The translations under genes were made by a program, and so were the position numbers. Positions 9,614-19,357 of a DNA stretch of 64,000 nt are shown piece by piece. This stretch comes from Nitrosopumilus sp. Its GTDB lineage: Archaea > Thermoproteota > Nitrososphaeria > Nitrososphaerales > Nitrosopumilaceae. Location of the stretch: assembly GCA_013215285.1 (NCBI GenBank), contig JABSRD010000001.1, forward strand, positions 418,919-482,918, read 5' to 3'. Every line of letters begins with the position of its first letter. Position 1 is the stretch's first letter. The notes beneath the pieces were generated by a model, which was not told the DNA's origin, ran no database searches, and worked only from the letters and a program-made list of their open reading frames with translations.

Positions 9614-9976
9614 ATGGAAGTTTTTGATGGCAAAAAGGCTGCACAAGACTATATGTCAAAACATACTCTAGCATTTTCTACTCCAGAATTAACTTTAATG
9701 AGATTTGCATTTTGGTTAGGAGATTCAGTTCCAGATCCTAAAAATGAAAAGTCTGAAGGAATTCCAAGAATGATGACATTTTTGACAGAACAAGACTTTG
9801 TACCTGTTTTAATTGATGATGAAAAATACGAACCATCTGGTGCAGTTAAAAATTCTGCATTTATGGGTAATGCATACAAAGAAGAACACAATGACGGAAA
9901 GTTTTGTTCTGAATGTGGTACAAGTCTTTCAGCAACAGCAAAGTTTTGTCCTGAATGTGGTACAACACAAGAATAA
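9614..9976 (+). CDS. Zinc-ribbon domain protein
   Basis: C-terminal double zinc ribbon FCSECG...FCPECG. Confidence 0.85.
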   Translation: MEVFDGKKAAQDYMSKHTLAFSTPELTLMRFAFWLGDSVPDPKNEKSEGIPRMMTFLTEQDFVPVLIDDEKYEPSGAVKNSAFMGNAYKEEHNDGKFCSECGTSLSATAKFCPECGTTQE

Positions 9977-9994
9977 AAAAAATAATTTTTAATT

Positions 9995-10522
9995 TTATGC
10001 TCTAGATCCACACTTTGTGCAAAATTTAGAATTGGGTCTTAGTTCAGCGCCACATGAAGAACATCCATTTTCACTAGATGGTGCAGCAGTTTGTCTAGGC
10101 ATCAAACGTGGATCTGGTGATGGCAAAGTTCCAGGATCACCAAATGTTTCTTGTGCAGATACAATTCCAGGTGGACCACCCCCAACTGGATTTTCTGCAG
10201 TTCCGGCTCTTGGTGGCGTTCCACCGGGCGTCATTCCAGCAGTTCCCATTCCTGGCATTAAACCTGGAGATTGTGTATTTCCAGAACCTGAATCCATTGA
10301 TTTTTTCATTTCAAATAGTACTTTAATTGCTAAAAATTCTAATGCAGAATATGCTACTGTGTAATCACCTAGTTTTTGGAAAAATTCTTTGTCACTCAAT
10401 TGACCTTTTTTGTACATGTTGTTAGTATCTAGAAAGGTTTCATAGTATCCTTGAGATTCATCAAACAAACTTTCTAGTTTTTCATATAGCATTCCAAGTG
10501 TATCTACTTCACCAAATGACAT
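9995..10522 (-). CDS. Zinc-ribbon domain protein
   Basis: Helical N-terminus, Pro/Gly-rich linker, CSSCG...FCTKCG. Start taken at MSFGEV. Confidence 0.85.
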   Translation of the reverse strand: MSFGEVDTLGMLYEKLESLFDESQGYYETFLDTNNMYKKGQLSDKEFFQKLGDYTVAYSALEFLAIKVLFEMKKSMDSGSGNTQSPGLMPGMGTAGMTPGGTPPRAGTAENPVGGGPPGIVSAQETFGDPGTLPSPDPRLMPRQTAAPSSENGCSSCGAELRPNSKFCTKCGSRA

Positions 10523-10588
10523 AATCTGTCTCAATTTTTGGAATATTAATTACTTTAGGATCAAAAAAGAAGAAAAACGTGTTGTGAT

Positions 10589-10915
10589 TTATGCTAATGC
10601 TCTTTCAATCATATTTTTGTATGATTCTTTAGAAGCAGCACCTACTTGCTGGCTGGCTATTTCACCTTTGTTAAAGAGAATCAAGGTTGGAATGCTAAAG
10701 ACATTGTATTTTGATGCCAATTCATTAGCCTCATCAACATTAACTTTGACAAATTTTACTTTACCGTCATAGTCATTTGCTAATTCTTCAACTACTGGGC
10801 CCACCATTCTACATGGACCACACCATTCTGCCCAAAAGTCTACAAATACTGGAATATCTGAATTTATCACATCTACTTCCCAAGTTTTTGCATCTGAAAT
10901 TTGTGTAATTCCCAT
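10589..10915 (-). CDS. trxA: Thioredoxin
   Basis: FWAEWCGPC active site, SIPTL. Confidence 0.97.
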   Translation of the reverse strand: MGITQISDAKTWEVDVINSDIPVFVDFWAEWCGPCRMVGPVVEELANDYDGKVKFVKVNVDEANELASKYNVFSIPTLILFNKGEIASQQVGAASKESYKNMIERALA

Positions 10916-11030
10916 TGTACAGTTATTTTATTGACCGTACCTAAAAATGTTCACCAGAATTAACACCATATTTTTTGTAGGGAAATTAATTTTGATATAT
11001 ACTTAAATGACGTTTTGCTAAAACTCAGAC

Positions 11031-11753
11031 ATGAGTGAGGAGGTTAGATTAAAAAAATTAAGAGGTTCTGGCGGTTATGTAATGGCCAGAGTAACTGATG
11101 AACAACAGGTAAAGGGAAATTTAGGCGGTCCTGACTTATTTTTAGCACCAATGGGTAGATTGGATGCTGAATTGATTTCTAAATATTTTTGCAATACTTG
11201 TGAAAAAGAATTTGAAGGTCCTCCAAAAATAGAATTTGAGAATCCTAATGAAGAAGTTGCAGAGAATCTGATTCTTGCAGAAAGAGGACAATACATTTGT
11301 AATTCCTGTAATTCTTCAATCGCAGAATATAGGGAATTCAAAAAACCTGATGAAGCAAGTGAAATAGGAAACGCAAAACCAATAGAACCTGCAATTGAAA
11401 GTGTACCTCAGCAAGTTACAGAACCTGCAATACAAACTTCACAAGAAACAGTCACACAAGCAGGACCAGTGACTTCAATTAGTTCAATTGAAGGAAAAGT
11501 AGTATATGATGAAAAGGCTAACAAGATTGGAATTGCAAAACAAGTAGGTATTGACTCTACACAATCAATGGTTCTAGTTATAACTAAAAATGATAACACA
11601 GAAGGTAGCATACAATGGAATAGTATCAAAAAAGTAGGTGAAGTAATTCTTTTAGGAAATCCAGAATCTAGTCAGCCAGGAAAATGTTCTAATTGTGGAT
11701 TTGTAAACAAAGAAGGTTCTAAATTCTGTGAAGATTGTGGAACCAAGATCTAG
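11031..11753 (+). CDS. Zinc-ribbon plus PRC-barrel domain protein
   Basis: CNTC/CNSC pair, PRC-barrel-like IEGKVVYDEKANKIG...IQWNSIKKVGEVILL, terminal CSNCG..FCEDCG. Confidence 0.8.
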   Translation: MSEEVRLKKLRGSGGYVMARVTDEQQVKGNLGGPDLFLAPMGRLDAELISKYFCNTCEKEFEGPPKIEFENPNEEVAENLILAERGQYICNSCNSSIAEYREFKKPDEASEIGNAKPIEPAIESVPQQVTEPAIQTSQETVTQAGPVTSISSIEGKVVYDEKANKIGIAKQVGIDSTQSMVLVITKNDNTEGSIQWNSIKKVGEVILLGNPESSQPGKCSNCGFVNKEGSKFCEDCGTKI

Positions 11754-11789
11754 TAAATTTAATCAATGGTACAATAGGCGATAATACAA

Positions 11790-12491
11790 TTGGCAAAAAA
11801 GTCTATTTCAAAAGGAGTTATCAAAGATATCATAATTGTAGGTGTCGGAGTTTTAGTAATTTGGATTGGTCTTCAAGTAGCATTTGGAACACAAAATCCA
11901 TTTTATGTTGTTGCCAGTGGAAGTATGGTTCCAGAATTATTGGTATATGATGTATTAGTAGTTCAAGGCCATGAACCATTTGAGGATATTGAAATTGGTG
12001 ACATTATTGTTTTTAATCGACCATCAGACCACAACAGAGTAATTGTTCACAGAGTGGTATCAATAATTAATGATGATCCTAAAACAATTAGAACACAGGG
12101 GGACTCAAATCCTGCATCAATTCCTGGAACTGACTTTCCAATTACGGAGGAAGAATACATCGGAAAAGTAGTACATGTACTTCCACAAGTTGGATATGTA
12201 ACACAGTTACTAAAACCACCAGTAAACTATGTCATAATTGCAATTGTAATAGGAATTATGGTGATAAAACAGATAACAAAAAAGAAAAAGGAAAAGATGA
12301 ATAAAATATCAGATTTAGATGATTCAGAAAATCAAGATACAATTGAGGAATTATCAGACATTAACAAGATGGAAAAAGATTCAGAATATTCTGAACATGT
12401 AGAAAAATCAGATGTTTTAGAAGATAAAAAAGATGAATCTGTAAAGGAGACTAAAACAGATGATATTTCTGAGAAAGATAATAAAAAGTAA
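11790..12491 (+). CDS. sec11: Signal peptidase I (Sec11 type)
   Basis: VVASGSMVP (Ser nucleophile), GDIIVF, IVHRVV (His), TQGDSN, flanking TM segments. Confidence 0.93.
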   Translation: MAKKSISKGVIKDIIIVGVGVLVIWIGLQVAFGTQNPFYVVASGSMVPELLVYDVLVVQGHEPFEDIEIGDIIVFNRPSDHNRVIVHRVVSIINDDPKTIRTQGDSNPASIPGTDFPITEEEYIGKVVHVLPQVGYVTQLLKPPVNYVIIAIVIGIMVIKQITKKKKEKMNKISDLDDSENQDTIEELSDINKMEKDSEYSEHVEKSDVLEDKKDESVKETKTDDISEKDNKK

Positions 12492-12512
12492 ATAAAATCT
12501 GCTAAAATTCAG

Positions 12513-12564
12513 GCAAACAGGTTCACATTATACCAAAACAAAAGTATTAGATCGTCCTGTTTGC
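12513..12564. repeat. 9-bp perfect inverted repeat GCAAACAGG / CCTGTTTGC with 34-nt spacer
   Basis: Arms at 12513-12521 and 12556-12564, in the intergenic region between convergent sec11 and hcd. Confidence 0.6.
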
Positions 12565-12663
12565 GTGGTGGCATAATTACGTCAAAATTACTAAAAAAGG
12601 ATCCTGATGAATCATTAGTTTCAAAAGTAGAATCATTTATGAATTAGATATGATTTTTGTCAA

Positions 12664-12686
12664 TTTCACAAATAGAATTTGTGAAA
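12664..12686 (-). terminator. Perfect 10-bp hairpin just downstream of the hcd stop (putative terminator/stability element)
   Basis: TTTCACAAAT-AGA-ATTTGTGAAA, 11 nt after the stop codon of the dehydratase gene. Confidence 0.45.
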
Positions 12687-12697
12687 ATTATTTCTAA

Positions 12698-14224
12698 CTA
12701 TAAAACAGAATCTTTTGTTTGGAATATTCGTTGGAAATATTCAGAATGTTCTGATGGTTCTTCAATATCATTAGTTATTCCTGCAAGATGTTTTGCAAGA
12801 TTCTTTTTGTATCCAATTTGCATTTGTCTTTGAATTTGTATTCTTTGAGCTTGTGGAGAACCTGCACCATGCATAGATTCTGTAAGATATCCAACAGAAT
12901 TTCTACCAAGAGTCATGTTTTCAATTAATCTTAAAATCCTCATTCTATTTTCAACGTCAACTCCTTTTCTTCCTACAAGGAATTTTTTGAGCATTGGACC
13001 AGCTATTGGATGTCTAAAGTCTTTTTCAGAAGGAAGAGTAACTACTAATCCACCTGCAATATCTTGTGCAAGTCTACTAATTTCATATGGGAATCTAGTG
13101 ACATTATGTTTACAAACTTGTGCAAGCATATCTTCATTTAGATAAACACCAGATTTCAGTTTATGTCCTAGATGAGAAGATGCAATACCTACAGCAAATA
13201 TGGATTCATTAAGATGCGTCATCTCAATTAATTTATCTTTAATGTGAGATACCTTTGGCACTCCATTGTAATCAGCAATTGTAGCTGCTGCACCAATTAA
13301 TACATCACCAAGTCCTGTTTTGCATACATAACTGCGTCTATGATAACAAGTAAAACGTTCAATTAGCATAGCTGCAAATTCATGTTCTCCATTCATGAAC
13401 ACTTTATCCCATGGAATAAACACTCTTTCTAAAATCATCAAAGCTTCTTGGCCAGCATATTTTGCATTACCATCATCAATGTCACCATCCTCCATACTTC
13501 GTGTGTCGCAAGACTGTCTACCGTAAATGTAAGTAACTCCTTTGGCATCTGCAGGAATCACACCAACAAATGCCCATTCTTTATCTTTTTCAGTTAATCT
13601 AACTGTTGGCATTAAAATTATCCAATGTGAATTAATGCAACCAGTTTGATGTGCTTTAGCACCTGATACATAGATTCCTTTATCATCGCTATCTATTATT
13701 CTAGTAAACATATCAGGATCATCTTGTTCTGATGGTCCCTTACTTCTATCCCCTTTAGGATCAGTCATTGCACCACCAATTACAAGATTTTCTTGTTGAA
13801 CCATTTTTACAAATTCTAAGAATCGTTTATGATAATCTGTTCCATGTTTTTCATCAATTTCAAAAGTTACAGAATGTAAAGAATTCAATGCATCCATTCC
13901 AACACATCTCTGGAAACATGTTCCAGTGTTTTGTCCCAACGTTCTTTGCATTTTATTTTGTAAAACCAAATCTTCTGCACTTTCTGCAATGTGTAAAAAT
14001 CGATTAACTTGCAATCCAGTAATAGATGAATTAGCAGTAGCTAATGCTGCTTCACGTACAGCAAGATCATAAGTTTCTGCAACTGCATTAATTGATGGTC
14101 TAATCATTGGATGATCTACTGGTTCTTTAATTAATTCTCCAAATAGGTAAATTACAAGATCGCGTCCTCTAAGACTTTCGATATAATCTTCGCCAGTTCT
14201 AATTGTCTTTAAGACATTGGCCAT
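12698..14224 (-). CDS. abfD: 4-hydroxybutyryl-CoA dehydratase (3HP/4HB cycle)
   Basis: CFQRCVGMD (Fe-S Cys), AMTDPKGDRS, GAKAHQTG, CYHRRSY, MHGAGSPQAQ. Confidence 0.95.
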   Translation of the reverse strand: MANVLKTIRTGEDYIESLRGRDLVIYLFGELIKEPVDHPMIRPSINAVAETYDLAVREAALATANSSITGLQVNRFLHIAESAEDLVLQNKMQRTLGQNTGTCFQRCVGMDALNSLHSVTFEIDEKHGTDYHKRFLEFVKMVQQENLVIGGAMTDPKGDRSKGPSEQDDPDMFTRIIDSDDKGIYVSGAKAHQTGCINSHWIILMPTVRLTEKDKEWAFVGVIPADAKGVTYIYGRQSCDTRSMEDGDIDDGNAKYAGQEALMILERVFIPWDKVFMNGEHEFAAMLIERFTCYHRRSYVCKTGLGDVLIGAAATIADYNGVPKVSHIKDKLIEMTHLNESIFAVGIASSHLGHKLKSGVYLNEDMLAQVCKHNVTRFPYEISRLAQDIAGGLVVTLPSEKDFRHPIAGPMLKKFLVGRKGVDVENRMRILRLIENMTLGRNSVGYLTESMHGAGSPQAQRIQIQRQMQIGYKKNLAKHLAGITNDIEEPSEHSEYFQRIFQTKDSVL

Positions 14225-14248
14225 GTAACAATATTTGTTCTCATCTTG

Positions 14249-14254
14249 TATAAA
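14249..14254 (-). promoter_or_regulatory. TATA box for the dehydratase gene (probably leaderless mRNA)
   Basis: Minus-strand TTTATA about 25 nt upstream of the ATG at 14224. Confidence 0.5.
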
Positions 14255-14297
14255 TATTCTAAATTAGTGTAAGCTAAATTTTAGGAATGAATTTCAA

Positions 14298-16394
14298 TTA
14301 TAGTCCTATTCGGACATCAAGAATACGACATCCTTTACCTTTCTCCATTACAAGAACCGGATTCATGTCTAATTCTTTGATTTCTTTAAAGTCAGAAACC
14401 AGTTGAGATAATCTCTGAATACATTCAGAGAGTTTAGGTATATCTGAAGGCTTTTCACCTCTTACTCCTTGTAGTATCTTTTGAGTTTTAATTGAGGCAA
14501 TCATATCATCAGCTTCTTTATCAGTCACTGGTGCAATCTTGAATGTAACGTCTTTGAAAACCTCAACGTAGATTCCTCCCATTCCAAGCATAATTACTGG
14601 ACCAAATCCAGGCTCTTGTTTTGAACCAATGATTAATTCTTTACCTCCTTTTACCATCTCAACAATCAAGACACCTTTGATCTCAGCTTTCTTGTTGTAA
14701 TTTTTAGCATTTTTAATAATTGTTTTAAAAGCATCTTTAATTTCAGAATCATTAGTCAAGTTTACTTTAACACCACCTGCATCAGATTTGTGAATAATTT
14801 GAGGGGATGCAATCTTCATTACTACTGGATAACCAATTTTCTTTGCAATTTTAACTGCTTCTGATTCATTTGCTGCAAGTGCACTTGAAGGTAATGGTAA
14901 ACCATATGCTTTGAGAACATCTTGTCCTTCTTCTTCTAGAAGATTTGGTCGTTTTTCTTTTTTTACTTTATCAAAGATTTTTTTTGCTTTAGCTTTGTTT
15001 ACTTTGAATTTAGTAATTTTTCCAGGTGACGACATTGTCCAGTTATAAAATCTAGTCATTGCTGCAAGAGTTCTGATTGCACCTTCTGCATAAGTATAGT
15101 ATGGCACACCTCCATCAGCTAAAATTTCTCTGTTTGTAATTCCTTCATCTAATCCCATCAAACTTGCAAGCATTGTTTTTTTATATTTCTTGGACATTGT
15201 AACAATCACTTCAGCAAGTTTATCATAGTTTAGAATACCAGAAGGAGTACACATTGTAATAACAGAACCAACTTTTGGATGTTTTAGTACACGATCTAAT
15301 ACATTATGAAATCGATTAAAATCAGCATCACCAACAATATCAACGGGGTTTCTAGAGCTTCCCCAAGGTGGAATTACCTCATCAATCTTTTTTCTAATGC
15401 TTGTAATATCTGCCATTTTTAATTTCAATTTAGAGCATGCATCAGTTGAAATGATTGCAGGACCTCCTGCATTTGAAACAATTACAAGTTCACCACCTGA
15501 TGGTAACGGTTGTTTAGAAAATGCAGTTGCATAATCAAATAATTCTTCCATAGTATCAACCCTAATTGCTCCTGATTGTTTCAATAAAGCATCATAGATT
15601 TCATCTGAACCCATCAAAGCTCCAGTATGAGACATTGCAGCCTTTGCACCTTCTGGACTACGCCCTGATTTTAGAACAAGAACAGGTTTTTTGAGTTTTT
15701 TAGTAATATTTTTACAAACTTTAAGGAATTCTTGGCCATCACCCATATCTTCAAGATACATCACAATAACTTCAGTTTGCTTATGATTTGCCAATATCTT
15801 TAGAACATCAACTTCACTCATTGTAGCTTTATTCCCTAAACTGATTACTGCAGAGAATCCAATGCCCTGAGCACTAGCATCTTCAACTAATGCAGCACAT
15901 ATTGCACCACTCTGTGATACAAGTGCAATTTTTCCAGACTTTGGAGTGATTTTAAGAAATGTTGAATTCATCATTGTCTTTGGATCAAGATTCATGATGC
16001 CAAGACAATTGGGTCCAATAATTTGGATTTTGTATTTTTTTGCAATGTCTTTAAGTTGTTGTTCTCGTTTTGCACCTTCTTCATCTACTTCTTTAAAACC
16101 AGCTGTAATGATAATGACGCCTTTGATTTTTTTCTTACCACATTCTTCTAAGACATCTGCAACAAGTGTATTTTTAATGACAACTACTGCAAGATCAATT
16201 GGTTTTGGAACATCTAAAACACTCTTGTATGCTTTTTTGTAAAAGACAGTGTCCCTTGAAGGACTAATTGGATAAACAATACCAGTAAAACCATTCATAA
16301 TGTTTGAAGTAATTGTAGCTCCAACACTTCCCCTCTTGTCAGATGCACCAATTACTGCAATTGATTTTGGTGACAAAAAAACAGATTCTGCCAT
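14298..16394 (-). CDS. ADP-forming acyl-CoA synthetase, probable 4-hydroxybutyrate-CoA ligase
   Basis: CoA-binding IAVIGAS, IIGPNCLG, SQSGA, SHTGAL (phospho-His), NPVDIVGDA, ATP-grasp HKSDAGGV. Adjacent to abfD, as described for Nitrosopumilus. Confidence 0.85.
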   Translation of the reverse strand: MAESVFLSPKSIAVIGASDKRGSVGATITSNIMNGFTGIVYPISPSRDTVFYKKAYKSVLDVPKPIDLAVVVIKNTLVADVLEECGKKKIKGVIIITAGFKEVDEEGAKREQQLKDIAKKYKIQIIGPNCLGIMNLDPKTMMNSTFLKITPKSGKIALVSQSGAICAALVEDASAQGIGFSAVISLGNKATMSEVDVLKILANHKQTEVIVMYLEDMGDGQEFLKVCKNITKKLKKPVLVLKSGRSPEGAKAAMSHTGALMGSDEIYDALLKQSGAIRVDTMEELFDYATAFSKQPLPSGGELVIVSNAGGPAIISTDACSKLKLKMADITSIRKKIDEVIPPWGSSRNPVDIVGDADFNRFHNVLDRVLKHPKVGSVITMCTPSGILNYDKLAEVIVTMSKKYKKTMLASLMGLDEGITNREILADGGVPYYTYAEGAIRTLAAMTRFYNWTMSSPGKITKFKVNKAKAKKIFDKVKKEKRPNLLEEEGQDVLKAYGLPLPSSALAANESEAVKIAKKIGYPVVMKIASPQIIHKSDAGGVKVNLTNDSEIKDAFKTIIKNAKNYNKKAEIKGVLIVEMVKGGKELIIGSKQEPGFGPVIMLGMGGIYVEVFKDVTFKIAPVTDKEADDMIASIKTQKILQGVRGEKPSDIPKLSECIQRLSQLVSDFKEIKELDMNPVLVMEKGKGCRILDVRIGL

Positions 16395-16456
16395 TATGTT
16401 GGATCTCAAGATTTTATATAATAAAGTTATTCATGGAAATTTCTGATCTATGGTTT

Positions 16457-16813
16457 TTAGCTTCCCAGCATTTTTCCAGCTAAATTTTCTTTTCTAGGAA
16501 TCCACATTATTGTAAGATTAGAAAATTTTCCAATAACACCCCAAGCTTCTCGTGCTAAATTTCTGAGTTTTTCATTATTTATTGCAAATTCATGATTTAG
16601 TTGATTTACAGTGTTTCTAGAATCACTGTAAATTGTAATCTCAACATTTGAATCAGCATACTTGTTTAATGCAGAAATTATTGCCAAATATTCAGCCTGA
16701 TTATTAGTTAAATCAGATTTTTTTCCATAAAATGACTCTCCTGTTTCTTTTACAAAATATCCATATCCACTATTAGTACCACCAGAACCATCAACATACA
16801 CACTAATTCCCAT
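16457..16813 (-). CDS. rnhA: Ribonuclease HI-like protein
   Basis: YVDGS, TNNQAEYLA, YSDSRNTVNQL, W..RKEN. Confidence 0.85.
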   Translation of the reverse strand: MGISVYVDGSGGTNSGYGYFVKETGESFYGKKSDLTNNQAEYLAIISALNKYADSNVEITIYSDSRNTVNQLNHEFAINNEKLRNLAREAWGVIGKFSNLTIMWIPRKENLAGKMLGS

Positions 16814-17246
16814 CTTTATACAACCTCGTAATTTTTACACTCAAATTAACTACTAACATGTAAATGATTGTGGATATACCTTGCGATGCAATAGATGCCA
16901 TATATGGATCATAATGTACTGAAAGGAAATAATATTGTAAGAACCACCTAACAATAGTATAAACAATTTCAGCAATCCCAAGTGATGTAATTAATTTTTT
17001 GAGATCATGTTTTAGTTTTACAGTGTCAGTATCACCAGATTTTAATTGATATTTTTTTCTATTATCTAAATAAAATAATCCACTAAAAACAGAAAAATAA
17101 ATTACATAATCTGCAATTGTAGTATATGTTGTATTTAGATAATCTATTTGATCAGATAAACTTTGAGCAATTATTGCAGAAACAATTATTGATGCTGCAA
17201 ATGCAATTAGAATATTTTTATTAAGTTTTAGATATTCTTGTAACAC
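16803..17246 (-). CDS. Hypothetical membrane protein (GtrA-like topology)
   Basis: About 4 hydrophobic segments. Overlaps the rnhA start. Confidence 0.7.
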   Translation of the reverse strand: MLQEYLKLNKNILIAFAASIIVSAIIAQSLSDQIDYLNTTYTTIADYVIYFSVFSGLFYLDNRKKYQLKSGDTDTVKLKHDLKKLITSLGIAEIVYTIVRWFLQYYFLSVHYDPYMASIASQGISTIIYMLVVNLSVKITRLYKDGN

Positions 17247-17277
17247 ACTATTTGATTATTTTTTGTTACAATTAAAC

Positions 17278-17562
17278 TCAATCTAAAGTAATCTTTAGGA
17301 AAATTATCAATCCTGCAAGTTCTGCAATTCCTACTCCTAACATGTATGGAAATATCTCATTAGAGAAAAGCATCTCCATTGAAAAATAAGCAACGCCACC
17401 AATTACATTATGCAAAAATAGCATACCTGCAACAACAATCATACCTAATGGAAGTTGTGCTCTAGTCTTACTATACATCCTTCCAAATATAGCAATTATA
17501 ATTCCAAGTATTATCATATTTGCGATTGAAACAATAGATAAGATTAGAGATGTTGATTCCAT
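17278..17562 (-). CDS. Small 3-TM membrane protein
   Basis: Three hydrophobic helices. Lies directly downstream of the wHTH gene. Confidence 0.75.
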   Translation of the reverse strand: MESTSLILSIVSIANMIILGIIIAIFGRMYSKTRAQLPLGMIVVAGMLFLHNVIGGVAYFSMEMLFSNEIFPYMLGVGIAELAGLIIFLKITLD

Positions 17563-17587
17563 TTAGTAAAAAACACCTCTTGAGCTT

Positions 17588-17890
17588 TTATTTACTTTTA
17601 TCCAATTTTTGTTCAATCTCTTCAAAAGACTCCATATTTGCTTCAAGAAAAGAGGAAATAAAGAAGGAAACAGCATACTTTTCTCCAATTCTAGTTATCA
17701 TGTTATTTTTTTCAAGAACCTTAATGTGATGTTGAATAGCCTTGTAATCAAGACCCATTTTATTTGCCAGTTGGTTAGTGTTAAATTGATTTTCCTTTAA
17801 TTTTGAAATAATTTTTAATCGATTTAGTCCCCCTCGTGAACCTGCAAATACAAACCAAAGTAGTCTTTTTGCATCAGGATCATTTGCCAT
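17588..17890 (-). CDS. ArsR-like winged-helix transcriptional regulator
   Basis: GSRGGLNRLKII, NTNQLANKMGLDYKAIQHHIKVL. Confidence 0.88.
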   Translation of the reverse strand: MANDPDAKRLLWFVFAGSRGGLNRLKIISKLKENQFNTNQLANKMGLDYKAIQHHIKVLEKNNMITRIGEKYAVSFFISSFLEANMESFEEIEQKLDKSK

Positions 17891-17992
17891 GGGTAATGAA
17901 ATTATTCTAATTTGCCACTAAAAGGTATTTTGGGTTTGAACTTGAATAGAAAGTATAAAAAACATAATCAAGCAAATTCTTTTGAAATACAT

Positions 17993-18874
17993 ATGATGTT
18001 AAATTATGATGCTCCATTATACAGACCTCCTTCAGAAGCAAAATCATTAATTTTTCAAGTGACTCTAGGTTGTTCATTTAACGAATGTTCTTTTTGTGAT
18101 ATGTATAGATCAAAAGAATATTCTGAAAGAACATGGGATGAAATTAAAACAGAAATTGATATGATGGCAAATTATTTGCCTGACACCAAAAGAGTATTTC
18201 TTGCAGATGGAGATGCATTAAATCTTGATTCAGAGTTTATGATAAAAATTGTAAAATACATTAGAGAAAAATTTGCAAATATTGAAAGAATTGCTTGTTA
18301 TGCAATGCCTATGAATATTTTAAAGAAAACACCTGAAGAATTAAAGAAAATGAATGAAGCTGGACTAGACATGTTCTATCTAGGAATTGAAAGTGGTTCA
18401 GATATTGTTCTAAAAAAAGTAACAAAAGGTGCTATTGCAAAAACAATCATCAAATCTGTAAACAAAGCAAAAGATGCAGGTTACATAATGTCTTGTATGA
18501 TAATTTTAGGATTGGGAGGAAAAAAATATTCTAAAGAACATATCAAAGGTACAGCTGAAGTAATTAGTGCATGTTCACCACAATATGTGGGAACCCTAAC
18601 TCTCTATTTGGAAAACGGAATTAAACAAGAATTTATTGATAAATTCGAAGGTGAATTCATCAGAATTAATGATGACGAATCATTAAAAGAGCTGCATGAC
18701 TTGATCAATCAAATAGAGACTAAAGATGAAATTATTTTTAGAGCAAATCATGGTTCAAATGCATATACAATCAAAGGTACTTTTCCGCAAGACAAACAAG
18801 ATATGATAGATAAAATGGACTGGATGAAACAACATCCAGAAATTATACGTCCACAAGGGTTACGAGGATTCTAA
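17993..18874 (+). CDS. Radical SAM protein
   Basis: YRPPSEA, GCSFNECSFCDMY (Cx4Cx2C), VFLADGDAL, YLGIESG, FRANHGSN. Start taken at MMLNY. Confidence 0.88.
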   Translation: MMLNYDAPLYRPPSEAKSLIFQVTLGCSFNECSFCDMYRSKEYSERTWDEIKTEIDMMANYLPDTKRVFLADGDALNLDSEFMIKIVKYIREKFANIERIACYAMPMNILKKTPEELKKMNEAGLDMFYLGIESGSDIVLKKVTKGAIAKTIIKSVNKAKDAGYIMSCMIILGLGGKKYSKEHIKGTAEVISACSPQYVGTLTLYLENGIKQEFIDKFEGEFIRINDDESLKELHDLINQIETKDEIIFRANHGSNAYTIKGTFPQDKQDMIDKMDWMKQHPEIIRPQGLRGF

Positions 18875-19323
18875 ATTAAATTAACTTGGTTTAGATATAC
18901 AACTTTGAATATTTTAACTGAATAATCACCATCAAAGATTTTAGTTGTAAAGCCATTATCAGAATTAAGTACTCTAAACTTGTATTCATAATCACCATCA
19001 TTTTCTACATTTGTTTGAGCAAAATGAATTGCGCCATCATTTTTAAAAATTTGAATGATTACCGGATATCCTTCAACATGATTTACAACATTTCCTTCAA
19101 CAAATGCCCATGGCAATGTATTTGATTCAGGAGAATGGAAGAAAATAGTTGTTTTTTCAAGACCCATCATTGAGTTTAGAGGAATAATTTCAGTCTGAGC
19201 TTCATGAGTATGACCATTTATCAAAATTTGACCAGGATGAGGATGAGCAAATGCAAAAGAGGTTGTTAATGAAAATACCAATACTAGTAAAACACTTGTA
19301 AGGAAAAGTCCTTTCAAATTCAT
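18871..19323 (-). CDS. Secreted protein with His-rich mature N-terminus
   Basis: Signal peptide ending AFA, followed by HPHPGQILINGHTHE. Confidence 0.75.
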   Translation of the reverse strand: MNLKGLFLTSVLLVLVFSLTTSFAFAHPHPGQILINGHTHEAQTEIIPLNSMMGLEKTTIFFHSPESNTLPWAFVEGNVVNHVEGYPVIIQIFKNDGAIHFAQTNVENDGDYEYKFRVLNSDNGFTTKIFDGDYSVKIFKVVYLNQVNLI

Positions 19324-19357
19324 ATTTTTGATCTAATATAGTTCCATAAAAAATTTG

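Noticed and set aside
9898-9965. Near-identical 26-nt direct repeat
   Set aside because: It simply encodes the two halves of a double zinc ribbon (FCSECGT / FCPECGT)
12492-12648. Open frame continuing in phase after the sec11 TAA stop (possible read-through)
   Set aside because: TAA is a strong stop, no recoding signal is visible, and the extension has no recognisable motif
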